Shown here piece after piece: positions 16,863 through 27,449 of a stretch of DNA of 64,000 bases; positions within the stretch are counted from its first letter, which is position 1; every line of letters starts with the position of its first letter. Location: assembly GCA_045863335.1 (NCBI GenBank), contig BTVY01000009.1, positions 16,623 to 80,622 on the forward strand, read 5' to 3'. Made by a program: the position numbers and the translations under genes. Under the pieces are notes generated by a model. It saw nothing but the letters and a program-made list of their open reading frames with translations. It was not told the DNA's origin and searched no databases. This DNA comes from Candidatus Hydrogenedentota bacterium. GTDB lineage: Bacteria; Hydrogenedentota; Hydrogenedentia; Hydrogenedentales; SLHB01.

Positions 16863-17693
16863 ATGATTCTCACCAAGTACATCACGAAGCCGTGCGTTCT
16901 GCCTGAGATGACCGCCACCACCAAAGCGGACGCATTGAAAGAATTAACCCACTTGCTTTTCGAGAAGCGGAAGATGGAAGGTCACGGCCCCGCTCTGGAC
17001 CAAATCATGGCGCGGGAAGTGACCGAGAGCACCGGGATTGGCCGGGGTATCGCCGTTCCCCATGCGCGCGTGACGGGGATGAAGTCGCTGGCCTGCGCCG
17101 TGGGGCGGATCCCCGAAGGCCTGGATTTCATGGCCGTCGACCGGAAGCCGGTTCATCTCATTTTTCTGATTTGCTACCCGCCGACCGATCAGACTTCCTA
17201 CCTCAATTTTGTGGCAACCGTGGCCAAGCTGCTGAGCGACAAGACCCATCTCAAGGCGATGCTCGAGGTGCCGACGGCGGACGAGATGTACGAAATGCTC
17301 GAGGCTACCTCGGAGTCGTTTGCGGAGTCTCACGAGCGGGATTTGCGCAAGATAAAAGCAGACCCCGAGTTGTCCAAGGTGACGGACGGGCATGCGGACC
17401 TGATTCTGCTTGCGCGGCTTCAGTTGTGTCAGGAGATGCTGCAGACCGCGAGAAGCGGGAAGACTCAGGTAAACCAGCGCATCGAAGCCATTCGCTCGCT
17501 TGTCGAGCCACGGGTGCTGAAGCACTACGATCGCCTCACCAAGAGCCGCGCGCCCGCGCTGGTGTCCGTCGAGGGTGACACGTGCCAGGGCTGCTTCATG
17601 CGTTTGCCGTCCAAGTTTGTGCAGCAGGTCCGGCAGGACACAAAGCACATCCACACGTGCTCGAACTGTAGCCGGTTCATTTACGTCGTATAG
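16863..17693 (+). CDS. PTS EIIA (Ntr/Fru-type) domain fused to a C4-type zinc ribbon (zf-RING_7/DUF164-like)
   Basis: REVTESTGIGRGIAVPHAR with the phospho-His; C-terminal YDRL...CQGCFMRLP...CSNCSRFIY. Confidence 0.88.
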   Translation: MILTKYITKPCVLPEMTATTKADALKELTHLLFEKRKMEGHGPALDQIMAREVTESTGIGRGIAVPHARVTGMKSLACAVGRIPEGLDFMAVDRKPVHLIFLICYPPTDQTSYLNFVATVAKLLSDKTHLKAMLEVPTADEMYEMLEATSESFAESHERDLRKIKADPELSKVTDGHADLILLARLQLCQEMLQTARSGKTQVNQRIEAIRSLVEPRVLKHYDRLTKSRAPALVSVEGDTCQGCFMRLPSKFVQQVRQDTKHIHTCSNCSRFIYVV

Positions 17694-17756
17694 CCATAAC
17701 GGCCGCTTGCCGCGGGATCGTGTAGTAAAGCCTTTTCAACCGGAGGTGTCACACGG

Positions 17757-18194
17757 ATGTCGACGACCAAGTACGAGGAGTTGGCCCGGCGGGTTCCCCT
17801 CTTTCGGGGTCTCAGTCCGGAGGATGTCGCCAAGATCATTGCAAAAGGCATGACGATGGATGTCAAGAAGGGCGAGGCGGTTTTCTACCAAGGCACGGTG
17901 GGCAATCAGATGTACGTCGTGCTGGGTGGCACAGTCGGCCTTTTTGATGGCAAGAAGCATCTGGCAAGCCTCCGGGCCGGCGATATGTTTGGAGAAATGG
18001 CGCTCATCAACAACGAGCCGCGAAGTGCAACGGCCATGGCCGCTGAAGACTGCCGGCTGTTTGTCTTGAGTGAAACCACGTTCCAAAAGCTGATGACCAA
18101 GAAGGCAGCAATCCGTATTCTATTGAACATCATCGGCACGATGAGCAAGCGGCTCCGCGACATGAACGCGAAGATGGCCCAGCTTTCGGAGTAG
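17757..18194 (+). CDS. stand-alone cyclic nucleotide-binding domain protein
   Basis: VPLFRGL and FGEMALINNEPRSATA phosphate-binding cassette; no HTH. Confidence 0.9.
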   Translation: MSTTKYEELARRVPLFRGLSPEDVAKIIAKGMTMDVKKGEAVFYQGTVGNQMYVVLGGTVGLFDGKKHLASLRAGDMFGEMALINNEPRSATAMAAEDCRLFVLSETTFQKLMTKKAAIRILLNIIGTMSKRLRDMNAKMAQLSE

Positions 18195-18278
18195 CCTCGG
18201 CCACCGGTTCTCGTGACTAAGTCCTCGCGACCGTCTGGATTCCCAATCCCGGAATCGCAGGTACCCACGGAGGATAAA

Positions 18279-19496
18279 ATGCAGCGAGCCATCATCGTGC
18301 TTGCGGGATGTCTTTTTGCGGCGACGGGTTTGACCCAAGCCCCCGACACGGGCACGCCGCGGGTGTTTCTGGTGGATGCGGAACGGCTCGTGGATGTGAG
18401 GGCGCGCATTGCCGCCGGTGACTCCGCTCTTGAACCAGCCTTTACCAGGTTGCTGCGCGACGCCGATGGCGCGATGGACGAAGGTCCGTTTACGGTGGTT
18501 CACAAACCCATGGACCCGCCGAGCGGCGACAAGCATGACTACATGAGCGTGGGCCCCTATTGGTGGCCCAATCCTGACACGGAAGACGGCTTGCCCTACG
18601 TGCGCCGGGACGGCGAGACCAATCCGGAGCGGCACAAGTATGACAACGTGGGGCTCTCGAACATGTCCAGCGCGGTGCGCACACTCGCGTTGGCGTACTT
18701 CCTGACGGGGAAAGAAGCTTACGCTGAACGCGCGACGACACTGCTTCGGGTCTGGTTCCTGGACCCGGCAACCCGCATGAATCCCAATCTCAACTTTGGC
18801 CAGGCCATTCCCGGGCGTGTGGAAGGCCGCGGCGTCGGCATCATCGATACCATGGGATTACCCCTGGTCGTTGACGCCGTCGGCATGCTGGGATCCTCCG
18901 GGGCGTGGACGCAATCGGCTCAGGAAGGTTTACAGCAGTGGTTCTCCGACTATCTGGACTGGATGTTGAATCACCCCTACGGCAAGGACGAGCGCCGAGC
19001 GCGCAACAACCATGGGACATGGTACGACGTGCAAGCCGTAAGTTTTGCGCTATTCTCGGGACGCGATGAACTCGCGAAGGAGATTCTCGAATCCGTGCCG
19101 GACAACCGGATTGCGAAACACTTCGAACCGGACGGCAGCCAACCACACGAACTCGCGCGTACGAAGTCATTCGGCTACAGTTGCATGAACCTCACGGGGT
19201 TCTTCTATCTCGCCGCGCTTGGCAATCATTTCAACCTGGACTTGTGGCGCCACACGACGGAAGATGGACGCGGCATACGGGAAGGCCTCGACTGGATTCT
19301 TGAACATGCCTATGGGAAGGGCGAATGGAAACATCAGAATCTGTCGCCCATAACGCCCGACCGCCTGTTGCCCTTGCTGCGTATGGCGGCCATCGCCTAT
19401 GAGGAACCGGCATACGAGCAGCAACTCCACGAACTCGGGGGCGACGATTGGGCCGCCGATCGCGTAAACCTGATCTGGAGCGCGCCGAAAAACTGA
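18279..19496 (+). CDS. alginate lyase family protein (PL5-like alpha/alpha barrel), secreted
   Basis: DKHDYMSVGPYWWP, TRMNPNLNFGQ, NNHGTWYDVQ and QPHELARTKSFGYS motifs; signal peptide. Confidence 0.88.
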   Translation: MQRAIIVLAGCLFAATGLTQAPDTGTPRVFLVDAERLVDVRARIAAGDSALEPAFTRLLRDADGAMDEGPFTVVHKPMDPPSGDKHDYMSVGPYWWPNPDTEDGLPYVRRDGETNPERHKYDNVGLSNMSSAVRTLALAYFLTGKEAYAERATTLLRVWFLDPATRMNPNLNFGQAIPGRVEGRGVGIIDTMGLPLVVDAVGMLGSSGAWTQSAQEGLQQWFSDYLDWMLNHPYGKDERRARNNHGTWYDVQAVSFALFSGRDELAKEILESVPDNRIAKHFEPDGSQPHELARTKSFGYSCMNLTGFFYLAALGNHFNLDLWRHTTEDGRGIREGLDWILEHAYGKGEWKHQNLSPITPDRLLPLLRMAAIAYEEPAYEQQLHELGGDDWAADRVNLIWSAPKN

Positions 19497-19554
19497 ACGC
19501 GGGCGTGTTGCCCGCGCTCAGAAATCGTATCGCAACCGCTAATGGCGGCACCGT

Positions 19555-20058
19555 TTAGTAGTCGAGGGTTTCCTTGCGGATCTTTTCGGACTGTTCTTCG
19601 CGAAATGCGTGTATCCGTTTCGCCAGCGCCTCGTCCTGCAACGCCAGAATCGCCGCGGCGAAGAGCGCGGCATTCCCCGCGCCGGCATCGCCAATCGCCA
19701 AGGTCGCCACGGGGATACCCTTCGGCATTTGGACCATCGAAAGCAGCGAATCCAGCCCCTGAAGCGACTTCGATTGCATAGGGACGCCCAGCACGGGGAG
19801 GGTGGTCTTGGCGGCGACCACGCCCGCGAGGTGGGCCGCGCCGCCCGCAGCCGCAATGAACACCTGGACGCCGCGCTTTTCCGCATCGGCCATGTACTCA
19901 AATAGTTCGTTGGGCGTGCGGTGCGCGGAAAGGACGCGGCATTCGTGCTCGATTTCCAGCTTCTTGAGCATGTCGCTGGTATTCTTCATGCAGTCCCAGT
20001 CGCTCTTGCTTCCCATAACCACAGCTACCCGAGGGGCGCCCGATTTCGCTCCGGCCAT
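19555..20058 (-). CDS. purE: N5-carboxyaminoimidazole ribonucleotide mutase
   Basis: VMGSKSD, SAHRTP, AGGAAHLAG and QMPKGIPVAT motifs. Confidence 0.97.
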   Translation of the reverse strand: MAGAKSGAPRVAVVMGSKSDWDCMKNTSDMLKKLEIEHECRVLSAHRTPNELFEYMADAEKRGVQVFIAAAGGAAHLAGVVAAKTTLPVLGVPMQSKSLQGLDSLLSMVQMPKGIPVATLAIGDAGAGNAALFAAAILALQDEALAKRIHAFREEQSEKIRKETLDY

Positions 20059-20203
20059 CGTGAGAAATCTCCTTTCGCATGTATGGACATTAATTTGGCG
20101 CTGCCGCGCAGCAGGGATTTGGCGATGAAACAATGAAATGATGCGAATTATTCTACCCCGTTCAGGCTGCCCGTCGCATCTTTTCCCGGCAACTGGGACG
20201 TAT

Positions 20204-20233
20204 TTGGCCCGTGTGCATGGGAAGCGGTATAAT
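20204..20233 (+). promoter_or_regulatory. possible sigma70 promoter of hisS
   Basis: TTGGCC-N18-TATAAT. Confidence 0.4.
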
Positions 20234-20326
20234 CAGCGGTCGCCGTTCACAATCACACGCCGGAGACGGGACTCCCGCGCGTTATTCTTGTGATAAACCC
20301 TGCAATTGGAGTGAGAGAACCGTTCC

Positions 20327-21769
20327 ATGTCCGAGACAAAGCAGTTGGTTGAGCCGCGCACCTTGAAAGGCTTCCAGGATTTGTTGCCGGAAGACCTGAT
20401 CCCCCGCAAAGCGGTAATCGCATCGATTGAAACCGTCTTTCAGAAGTACGGGTTTGCCCCGCTGGAGACCCCGGCGCTCGAGCATCTGGACGTTCTCCTG
20501 GGCACCGGCGGCGAAGAAACCAACAAGGAACTGTTCCGCCAGGATAGCCCCGAGGGCGAACCCATCGCCATGCGGTTTGATTTAACCGTTCCCTTCGCAC
20601 GGCTACTCGCCCAATACCCCGACAAACTCAAGGCCCCCTTCCGGCGCTACGCCATCGGCCCCGTCTGGCGGGCGGACAAGCCCGGTCCAGGCCGGTTCCG
20701 CCAGTTCACCCAGTTCGACATCGACGCTGCGGGGTCGGAGTCGGTCGCGGTGGATGCGGAAATCGTCTCCATCATGTGCGAAGTGATGGACGTGCTGGGC
20801 GTGCCGGACTATCGGGTTGTGATCAATAACCGCAAGGTCATCGATGCGCTCTTGTCCAGTTGCGGCATCGACGACCTCGGGCGCCAGAAACACGTGCTGC
20901 GCGTCATCGATAAGCTCGCCAAGGTGGGGATGGATAACGTCCGCCTCGAACTAGGCCCCGGCCGCATCGATGACTCCGGCGATCCAATTCCGGGAGTTGG
21001 GCTTGATGAGGAGACCATTGAGAAGGTGGTGTCCTTCGTCGGGCTCAAAGGCGGTACACGAGCGGAAGTTGTCGACCGATTAGCCAAGGCCCTGCCTGAA
21101 ACCGAGGCGTCTGCCGAGGCGGTGGCGGAAATGCGGTCCCTCGCGGATGCGCTGGCCGCACTCGGCGTAAGTGAACTCCATGCAGTCTTCGACCCGAGTC
21201 TCGCGCGCGGGCTCGACTATTACACGGGTCCCGTATTTGAAACGGTGCTGCCGAGCGCGCCGGAGTTCGGGTCCGTCATGGGCGGCGGCCGCTACGACGG
21301 GCTCGTGTCGCGCTTTATGGACCGCGCCATCCCGAGCACGGGTATGTCCGTGGGACTCGATCGGCTTCTAGCGGCGTTGTCCCACCTCGGTCTGGCGACG
21401 CGTGAACGAACGACGGTGCAGGCCCTCGTGGTCAGTCTCGGGGGCGTGCCGGAGGCCGAAGCCCTTAAAATTGCGAAAGAACTGCGGGACGCGGGAATCC
21501 GGGCGGAAGCCTATTTCGGCAAGAAGCGGAACATGAAAGTGCAGCTTTCCCACGCCGATCACTACGAGATTCCCGTCGCGGTCATCGTGGGCGGAGACGA
21601 GTTGGCCGCCGGAGTCGTGTCGGTCAAAGATCTGCATGCCGGCAAGCGGGAACGCGAAGAAATCGAGGATCGCGAAGCTTACCGGCAGGCTGGGAAGACC
21701 GGCCAAGTCACTGTGCCCCGGGGCGAAATGATCGCGACGGTACGGGGGTATCTCAATTTACCACGGTAG
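20327..21769 (+). CDS. hisS: histidine--tRNA ligase
   Basis: KGFQDLLP, RFDLTVPFAR, GRFRQFTQFDID, LARGLDYYTG and GGGRYDGL motifs. Confidence 0.97.
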   Translation: MSETKQLVEPRTLKGFQDLLPEDLIPRKAVIASIETVFQKYGFAPLETPALEHLDVLLGTGGEETNKELFRQDSPEGEPIAMRFDLTVPFARLLAQYPDKLKAPFRRYAIGPVWRADKPGPGRFRQFTQFDIDAAGSESVAVDAEIVSIMCEVMDVLGVPDYRVVINNRKVIDALLSSCGIDDLGRQKHVLRVIDKLAKVGMDNVRLELGPGRIDDSGDPIPGVGLDEETIEKVVSFVGLKGGTRAEVVDRLAKALPETEASAEAVAEMRSLADALAALGVSELHAVFDPSLARGLDYYTGPVFETVLPSAPEFGSVMGGGRYDGLVSRFMDRAIPSTGMSVGLDRLLAALSHLGLATRERTTVQALVVSLGGVPEAEALKIAKELRDAGIRAEAYFGKKRNMKVQLSHADHYEIPVAVIVGGDELAAGVVSVKDLHAGKREREEIEDREAYRQAGKTGQVTVPRGEMIATVRGYLNLPR

Positions 21770-21891
21770 GTTAGCCGGATCACCTATTCCCTGTCCGCCG
21801 GGTTCCCGGCACACGGGGGCGTCACCACAAAATCGCGCGTATCATCCGTTTCATGCTACACTTGCGCGCTCATATCTTTGGAGTTCTTGAA

Positions 21892-22725
21892 ATGCTGGGG
21901 TTTAGAACACTGGTCCGGGATGCCTTAATCGAGGACATCGGCCAGGGCGACATTACGACGAATGCGACGGTTCCGCCGAACGTCCGCTGCAAGGCGCGTC
22001 TCTACGCGAAGCAGGATGGTGTGCTGAGCGGGATTACCATTTTTCGCACTGTCTTCGAGGAATCCGGCGCGGAAATCGCCGACTGGTATTCGTTGGAAGA
22101 CGGCACTCACTTTACTTCAGGACAGGACGTTGCCCTGTTTTCCGGCGTCACGCGATGCGTGCTGGCCGGTGAACGCGTGGCGCTGAACTTTGTGCAGCGG
22201 CTCTCGGGTGTGGCGACGTTTACGGCGAAATTTGTGGCCGAGGTCGAGGACTTGGGTGTGCGAATCTGCGATACCCGCAAGACAACACCGCTCATGCGCA
22301 ATCTGGAAAAGCAGGCGGTTATCCACGGCGGCGGCGCGAACCACCGGTTCGCGCTCTTCGACGGCGTTCTCATCAAGGAAAACCACATTACCGCGGCGGG
22401 CGGCGTGACGAATGCCGTGACTCGCGCCATCAAAGGCACCCATCATCTCATGAAGGTCGGCGTGGAAGTCACAAACCTCGCGGAGTTCGACGAGGCTATT
22501 GCGAGCGGAGCCGACGCGGTCTTGCTGGACAACATGAGCCTGGACGATATGCGCGAAGCGGCGGAACGCGCGAGGGAACACAAGGTGGTGCTGGAGGCCA
22601 GTGGCAACGTGTGTCTGGAACGCCTGCGCGCCATCGCGGAGACCGGCGTACACGTGATTTCTATCGGCGCGCTGACACACTCGGCGCCGGCCATTGACTT
22701 CTCCATTGAAATCGCCAATGTCTAA
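21892..22725 (+). CDS. nadC: quinolinate phosphoribosyltransferase (decarboxylating)
   Basis: EDIGQGDITT, DTRKTTP, LIKENH, LLDNM, EASGN and IGALTHSA motifs. Confidence 0.96.
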   Translation: MLGFRTLVRDALIEDIGQGDITTNATVPPNVRCKARLYAKQDGVLSGITIFRTVFEESGAEIADWYSLEDGTHFTSGQDVALFSGVTRCVLAGERVALNFVQRLSGVATFTAKFVAEVEDLGVRICDTRKTTPLMRNLEKQAVIHGGGANHRFALFDGVLIKENHITAAGGVTNAVTRAIKGTHHLMKVGVEVTNLAEFDEAIASGADAVLLDNMSLDDMREAAERAREHKVVLEASGNVCLERLRAIAETGVHVISIGALTHSAPAIDFSIEIANV

Positions 22726-23458
22726 GACGATTCGCCAACCCTTGACGCTTGCCACGCCGTTGAATACGACGTTTGTTGGTTCACGTGTGCTGGTATATGA
22801 AGAGGTGACCTCGACCAACGACCGCGCTCTTGCCTTGGGCGGCGACGGGCTGGTGGTAGCCGCCGACATGCAGACCGCCGGGCGCGGGCGTCACGGCCGA
22901 TCCTGGCACAGTGAACCCGGCCTGGGGCTGTGGTTCAGCGTTGTGTTCGAACGGCCGCTGGAGGGATTGCCTTTGGCCGCGCCGTTAGCCGTGCGCGATG
23001 TTTTGAAGGCCTGGGGCGAAGCCGTCGTCAAATGGCCAAATGATGTGCTCCTCAATGGACGCAAGGTCTGCGGCGTGCTCGTGGAAAGCCGGCGCAACCG
23101 CACGGCGCTGGGAATCGGCATCAACGTGCACCACACGGAGGACGATTTCCCTTTTGAACTGCGCGACCGCGCGACCTCCGTGGAGATGGCTTCGGGCAGA
23201 ACGTGTGATCGTCGGGTGTTGCTCCGGGACGTCCTGGTGCGGCTCGACGAGCGTGTCGCGCAACTGCGGGGCGGAGGCTTTGCTCAAATTCACGCGGAGT
23301 GGTCCGAGACTTGCCGTATCGTGGGACGCCGGATTCGTCATGAGGGGATCGAAGGCATCGTGAAGTCCGTGGACCGCGACGGAGCGCTTGTGGTTGAAAC
23401 GCCGAAGGGGCGGGAGCGGATTCTGTTGGGTGAGATCATCGAATTGGACGGAGCCTAG
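22718..23458 (+). CDS. birA: biotin--[acetyl-CoA-carboxylase] ligase (no N-terminal HTH)
   Basis: STND, QTAGRGRHGRSW, KWPND, KVCGVL and GIGIN motifs. Confidence 0.93.
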   Translation: MSKTIRQPLTLATPLNTTFVGSRVLVYEEVTSTNDRALALGGDGLVVAADMQTAGRGRHGRSWHSEPGLGLWFSVVFERPLEGLPLAAPLAVRDVLKAWGEAVVKWPNDVLLNGRKVCGVLVESRRNRTALGIGINVHHTEDDFPFELRDRATSVEMASGRTCDRRVLLRDVLVRLDERVAQLRGGGFAQIHAEWSETCRIVGRRIRHEGIEGIVKSVDRDGALVVETPKGRERILLGEIIELDGA

Positions 23459-23463
23459 GACGC

Positions 23464-24237
23464 ATGCTGCTGGTCATTGACGTGGGCAACTCGCACACGG
23501 TGCTCGGCCTGTATGAGGGCGACGCGCTCCGGGCCAACTGGCGCCTGGTTACTTCGTACAAGACCGCGGACGAATTGCTCGTGCTCTACACCATGCTGTT
23601 CAAGCAACAAGGCCTCGACCCCATGGAGGTAAACGGCTGCTGTATATCGAGCGTCGTGCCGCAGTTCAACCACGAGTTGGAAACGGTATGCAAGCGGGCC
23701 TTTGAAGTCACGCCACTTTTTGTGGGGCCGGGGATTCGCACGGGCATCGTCATTCAGGTGGACAATCCCAAAGAGGTGGGCGCGGACCGCATCGTGAACG
23801 CCGTCGCCGCGGTGGAAGAGTACTCGGGGCCGCTAATCGTGGTGGATTTCGGTACGGCCACGACCTTTGATGCCATTTCGGATGTCCGCGAATACCGGGG
23901 CGGCGTGATCGTGCCTGGCTTGCAGATTTCCGCCGATGCCTTGTTCGAGAAGTGCGCGAAGCTGCCTCGCGTGGAGATTGCGCGGCCGGAAAACGTCATT
24001 GGAAAAGACACCATTTCCCACATCCGTGCCGGGCTGACCTACGGCTATACGGATCTCGTGGATGGCTTGATCGGCCGTATTTCCGCGGAGATGGAAGCGA
24101 CTCCGACCGTGGTTGCCACGGGCGGTTTTGCAGGGCTCATCGCGAAGATCAGCACCAAGATCGACCACGTCGATCCTTTGCTGACCCTGAAGGGACTCAA
24201 GGCGGTTTACCGCAAGAACGAAAAGGTGCAGGCATGA
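23464..24237 (+). CDS. coaX: type III pantothenate kinase
   Basis: IDVGNS, EVGADR, VDFGTATTFD and ATGG motifs. Confidence 0.95.
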   Translation: MLLVIDVGNSHTVLGLYEGDALRANWRLVTSYKTADELLVLYTMLFKQQGLDPMEVNGCCISSVVPQFNHELETVCKRAFEVTPLFVGPGIRTGIVIQVDNPKEVGADRIVNAVAAVEEYSGPLIVVDFGTATTFDAISDVREYRGGVIVPGLQISADALFEKCAKLPRVEIARPENVIGKDTISHIRAGLTYGYTDLVDGLIGRISAEMEATPTVVATGGFAGLIAKISTKIDHVDPLLTLKGLKAVYRKNEKVQA

Positions 24238-24842
24238 AGACGATGCATCTCATACCATGGGCGCTTGCACTGGCGCTGGCCGCCGGGTGCAACAAACCGG
24301 CTTCGGAGACTCCGAAGGACGACGCGCCTTCCGAAACGGCAACCCAGACGACAGGCGGTTCAACCGCTGCAGCGCCAGAAAGCGCTCAGGTTAACATGAC
24401 GGGCAGCATGACGCTGCGTCTGTTTGAACCTGACCTGGAAGGGGGCGAATCGCGCGAGGCGAGCTTCGAGATTTCGTCGCCCCAGTGTTCGCTGCTCGAG
24501 GACGGCCTGTGGGCGTTGACGCCGGCCACGGCCATCATCTACGGCGATGACGGCGAACAGACGACCTTTGAAGCGGGCAGCGCCGAGTTCAACGAGAACG
24601 CGGATACCGCGTCGTTGCGCGACGGCGTTACCGTGGACTTTGGCCAACAACACGTCGAGTTGGAGGACATGACCTGGAGCAACGCGGAGAGTCTCGCGAC
24701 TTCGGACAACCCGCTCACGCTGACCGACGGTGAAACCCGGCTGTCCGCACAGGGCATGGAGTTTCATTCGGATTCAAAGAAGCTCCAGCTGAACGGCGTC
24801 ACGGGGACGGTAAGCCTGCAACAGGGAGGGGCGGAATCATGA
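24234..24842 (+). CDS. lptC: LPS export ABC transporter periplasmic protein LptC-like (lipoprotein)
   Basis: LAAGC lipobox; beta-jellyroll-like TSDNPLTL...LSAQGME...LQLNGVTG; position upstream of lptA/lptB. Confidence 0.7.
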   Translation: MKTMHLIPWALALALAAGCNKPASETPKDDAPSETATQTTGGSTAAAPESAQVNMTGSMTLRLFEPDLEGGESREASFEISSPQCSLLEDGLWALTPATAIIYGDDGEQTTFEAGSAEFNENADTASLRDGVTVDFGQQHVELEDMTWSNAESLATSDNPLTLTDGETRLSAQGMEFHSDSKKLQLNGVTGTVSLQQGGAES

Positions 24843-26269
24843 CCGCGCGCGTTCTCGCAGTCGCAACGCTTTTGTTCGGCACATTCCTCGCTGCGGCGCA
24901 GACAGGTTCGACTCAGTACTCCTATATCGATATCGACAAAGCCGCGCCGCTGGTCGAGTTTGAAAACTCGCGGTTAACGCGGATCTCGGGTGGTGTGGAA
25001 ATTGTGTTGCGCGGCGCGGACGAATCCGTCCGGCCCATGCAACTCGAAGCCCAGGAGATCGCCTTTACCTGGTCTGATCAAGGCAATTCGCCGACGACCA
25101 TCAACCTGAACGAAAGCGTACGCGTGGATAGTCCGCAGGGCGACATCCGTTCCGCGCGCGCTGTGTTGGATCTTAATGGCGGCGTGCTCACCTTCACCGG
25201 AAGCGTCAGCGGGACGTCGGAGCAGATTACGTCGTTTGAAGCGGACGAGATCGTATACGACCTCGATTCTGGCGATTCGGAGATGATCAATCTGCGCGCC
25301 GCGGGCATCGGGCTCGGCGGCGGCGAAGGCGATGTGTCGGCGCCAGACTCCGGGTACTCGGAGATGGATATCGACCGGGCCGGCGCGGTGAAGTTCGTGG
25401 ACGGGCAAGTCGAAACCATGTCCGGCGGCGTTTCGATTACCCTGCAACCGGCCCAGGCCAACGCGCAACGCCTCAAGCTGGGCGCCTCAACGGTCGGGAT
25501 CGCGTGGGCGCCCTCGGGCCAGCCGGCCGCAATTCAGATGCGCGGCAGCGTGCGGGTGGACGGTCCCCAGGGCGATATCCGCTCGGAAAAAGCGGATCTC
25601 AATCTTGGCAAGAAGACGCTGGAGTTCACAGGGAACGTCAAAGGCACGACCGAACAGATCGAGGCCTTCGATACCGACACGTTGACGTACAATCTCGATT
25701 CCGGCGACACGCTCATGACCAACCTTCGCGCGCAAGGGCTGGATATCGGCCAACCGGAACCCGAGGGGGAATCTGGCGAAGAAGAATCGGCTAGCCCCTT
25801 TACCAAGATGGATATCGAGAAAGCGCCGGAAGTATCCATGACGGCGGGAACCTTGAACTGGATGCGGGGCGGCGTGCAAATTCGCATCCACGGACGCGAG
25901 GAAGATGCGCCGCCGCTGACGCTCGATGCGAGCGAACTCACGTTTGCCTATTCGGAGGGCGCGACGTCGCCGGACCGGGTTGTCATGACGGGGGACGTTG
26001 TGGTCGACGGACCCAGTACCGACATTACTTCCGACACCGCCGAGCTGAACATGGCGAGCAACACGCTGACCTTTACGGGGAACGTGAAAGGCAGTCAGCC
26101 CGGCCTGACCGGCGCCACCGCCCGGCGAGTGGTCTACGATCTCGTGACCGGAAACATGAGCATGCAGGGAACGTCTATCCGGGAGATGGACCACCGCCGC
26201 ATGAACGAAGAAACGGACAAGACCGAAGCTGAAACTACGGAAGCGGATGCTGGCTCCGCGCCGCAGTGA
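24839..26269 (+). CDS. lptA: LptA/OstA-like periplasmic protein with three tandem jellyroll repeats
   Basis: Signal peptide; three ~140-aa repeats (DI(D/E)xA...GGVxI...D(S/G)P..DI.S..A.L...L.FTG.V.G); lies between lptC and lptB. Confidence 0.7.
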   Translation: MTARVLAVATLLFGTFLAAAQTGSTQYSYIDIDKAAPLVEFENSRLTRISGGVEIVLRGADESVRPMQLEAQEIAFTWSDQGNSPTTINLNESVRVDSPQGDIRSARAVLDLNGGVLTFTGSVSGTSEQITSFEADEIVYDLDSGDSEMINLRAAGIGLGGGEGDVSAPDSGYSEMDIDRAGAVKFVDGQVETMSGGVSITLQPAQANAQRLKLGASTVGIAWAPSGQPAAIQMRGSVRVDGPQGDIRSEKADLNLGKKTLEFTGNVKGTTEQIEAFDTDTLTYNLDSGDTLMTNLRAQGLDIGQPEPEGESGEEESASPFTKMDIEKAPEVSMTAGTLNWMRGGVQIRIHGREEDAPPLTLDASELTFAYSEGATSPDRVVMTGDVVVDGPSTDITSDTAELNMASNTLTFTGNVKGSQPGLTGATARRVVYDLVTGNMSMQGTSIREMDHRRMNEETDKTEAETTEADAGSAPQ

Positions 26270-26300
26270 TGGGTTGTGACAAGCACTGGGTGGGGAACAA

Positions 26301-26630
26301 GAACATCCCCCTTGATCCCCCTTCAAAGGGGGAACAAGACGACCTTCGGATTGACGGTCGTCACGGAATTGCCCCTTGATCCCGATTTTAAGTGAGTGAG
26401 ACAACGCGGTCGGGTTGGCGGTCGCTCCGGCCTTGCCCCTTGATCCTGCTTCAAAAGCGGAGCAAGGCAACGCGATGCGTGTGCAAAGGTTGGCCACCAA
26501 AACGTTGTCGGGGCTGTTAGAGCTGCCGTTCGCCATGATTGGGCGGTGCATGGTAAGTTGCGCCGCGAAGCAGGCGCCGGTGACTCCCCCTTTGAAGGGG
26601 GCAAGGCCCAAAGGGCCGCGGGGGATGTTC
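26301..26630. repeat. REP/MITE-like element bounded by CCCCCTT-NNN-AAGGGGG inverted repeats
   Basis: GAACATCCCCCTTGATCCCCCTTCAAAGGGGGA (from 26301) versus TCCCCCTTTGAAGGGGG...GGGGGATGTTC (26585-26630); decayed internal GCCCCTTGATCC copies near 26371 and 26435. Confidence 0.7.
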
Positions 26631-26679
26631 CTGGGTGGACCAGGACCCCGGACCCGAAAGCAGTTGACGAGGGAGAACA

Positions 26680-27423
<744 letters not shown>

Positions 27424-27449
27424 GTGCGAGAGCACTCCTATTCGACCGC

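Noticed and set aside
25487-26611. 374-aa minus ORF and 26415-27095 plus ORF crossing the lptA-lptB gap
   Set aside because: They run through a palindromic repeat element and overlap real genes; the translations are not protein-like.
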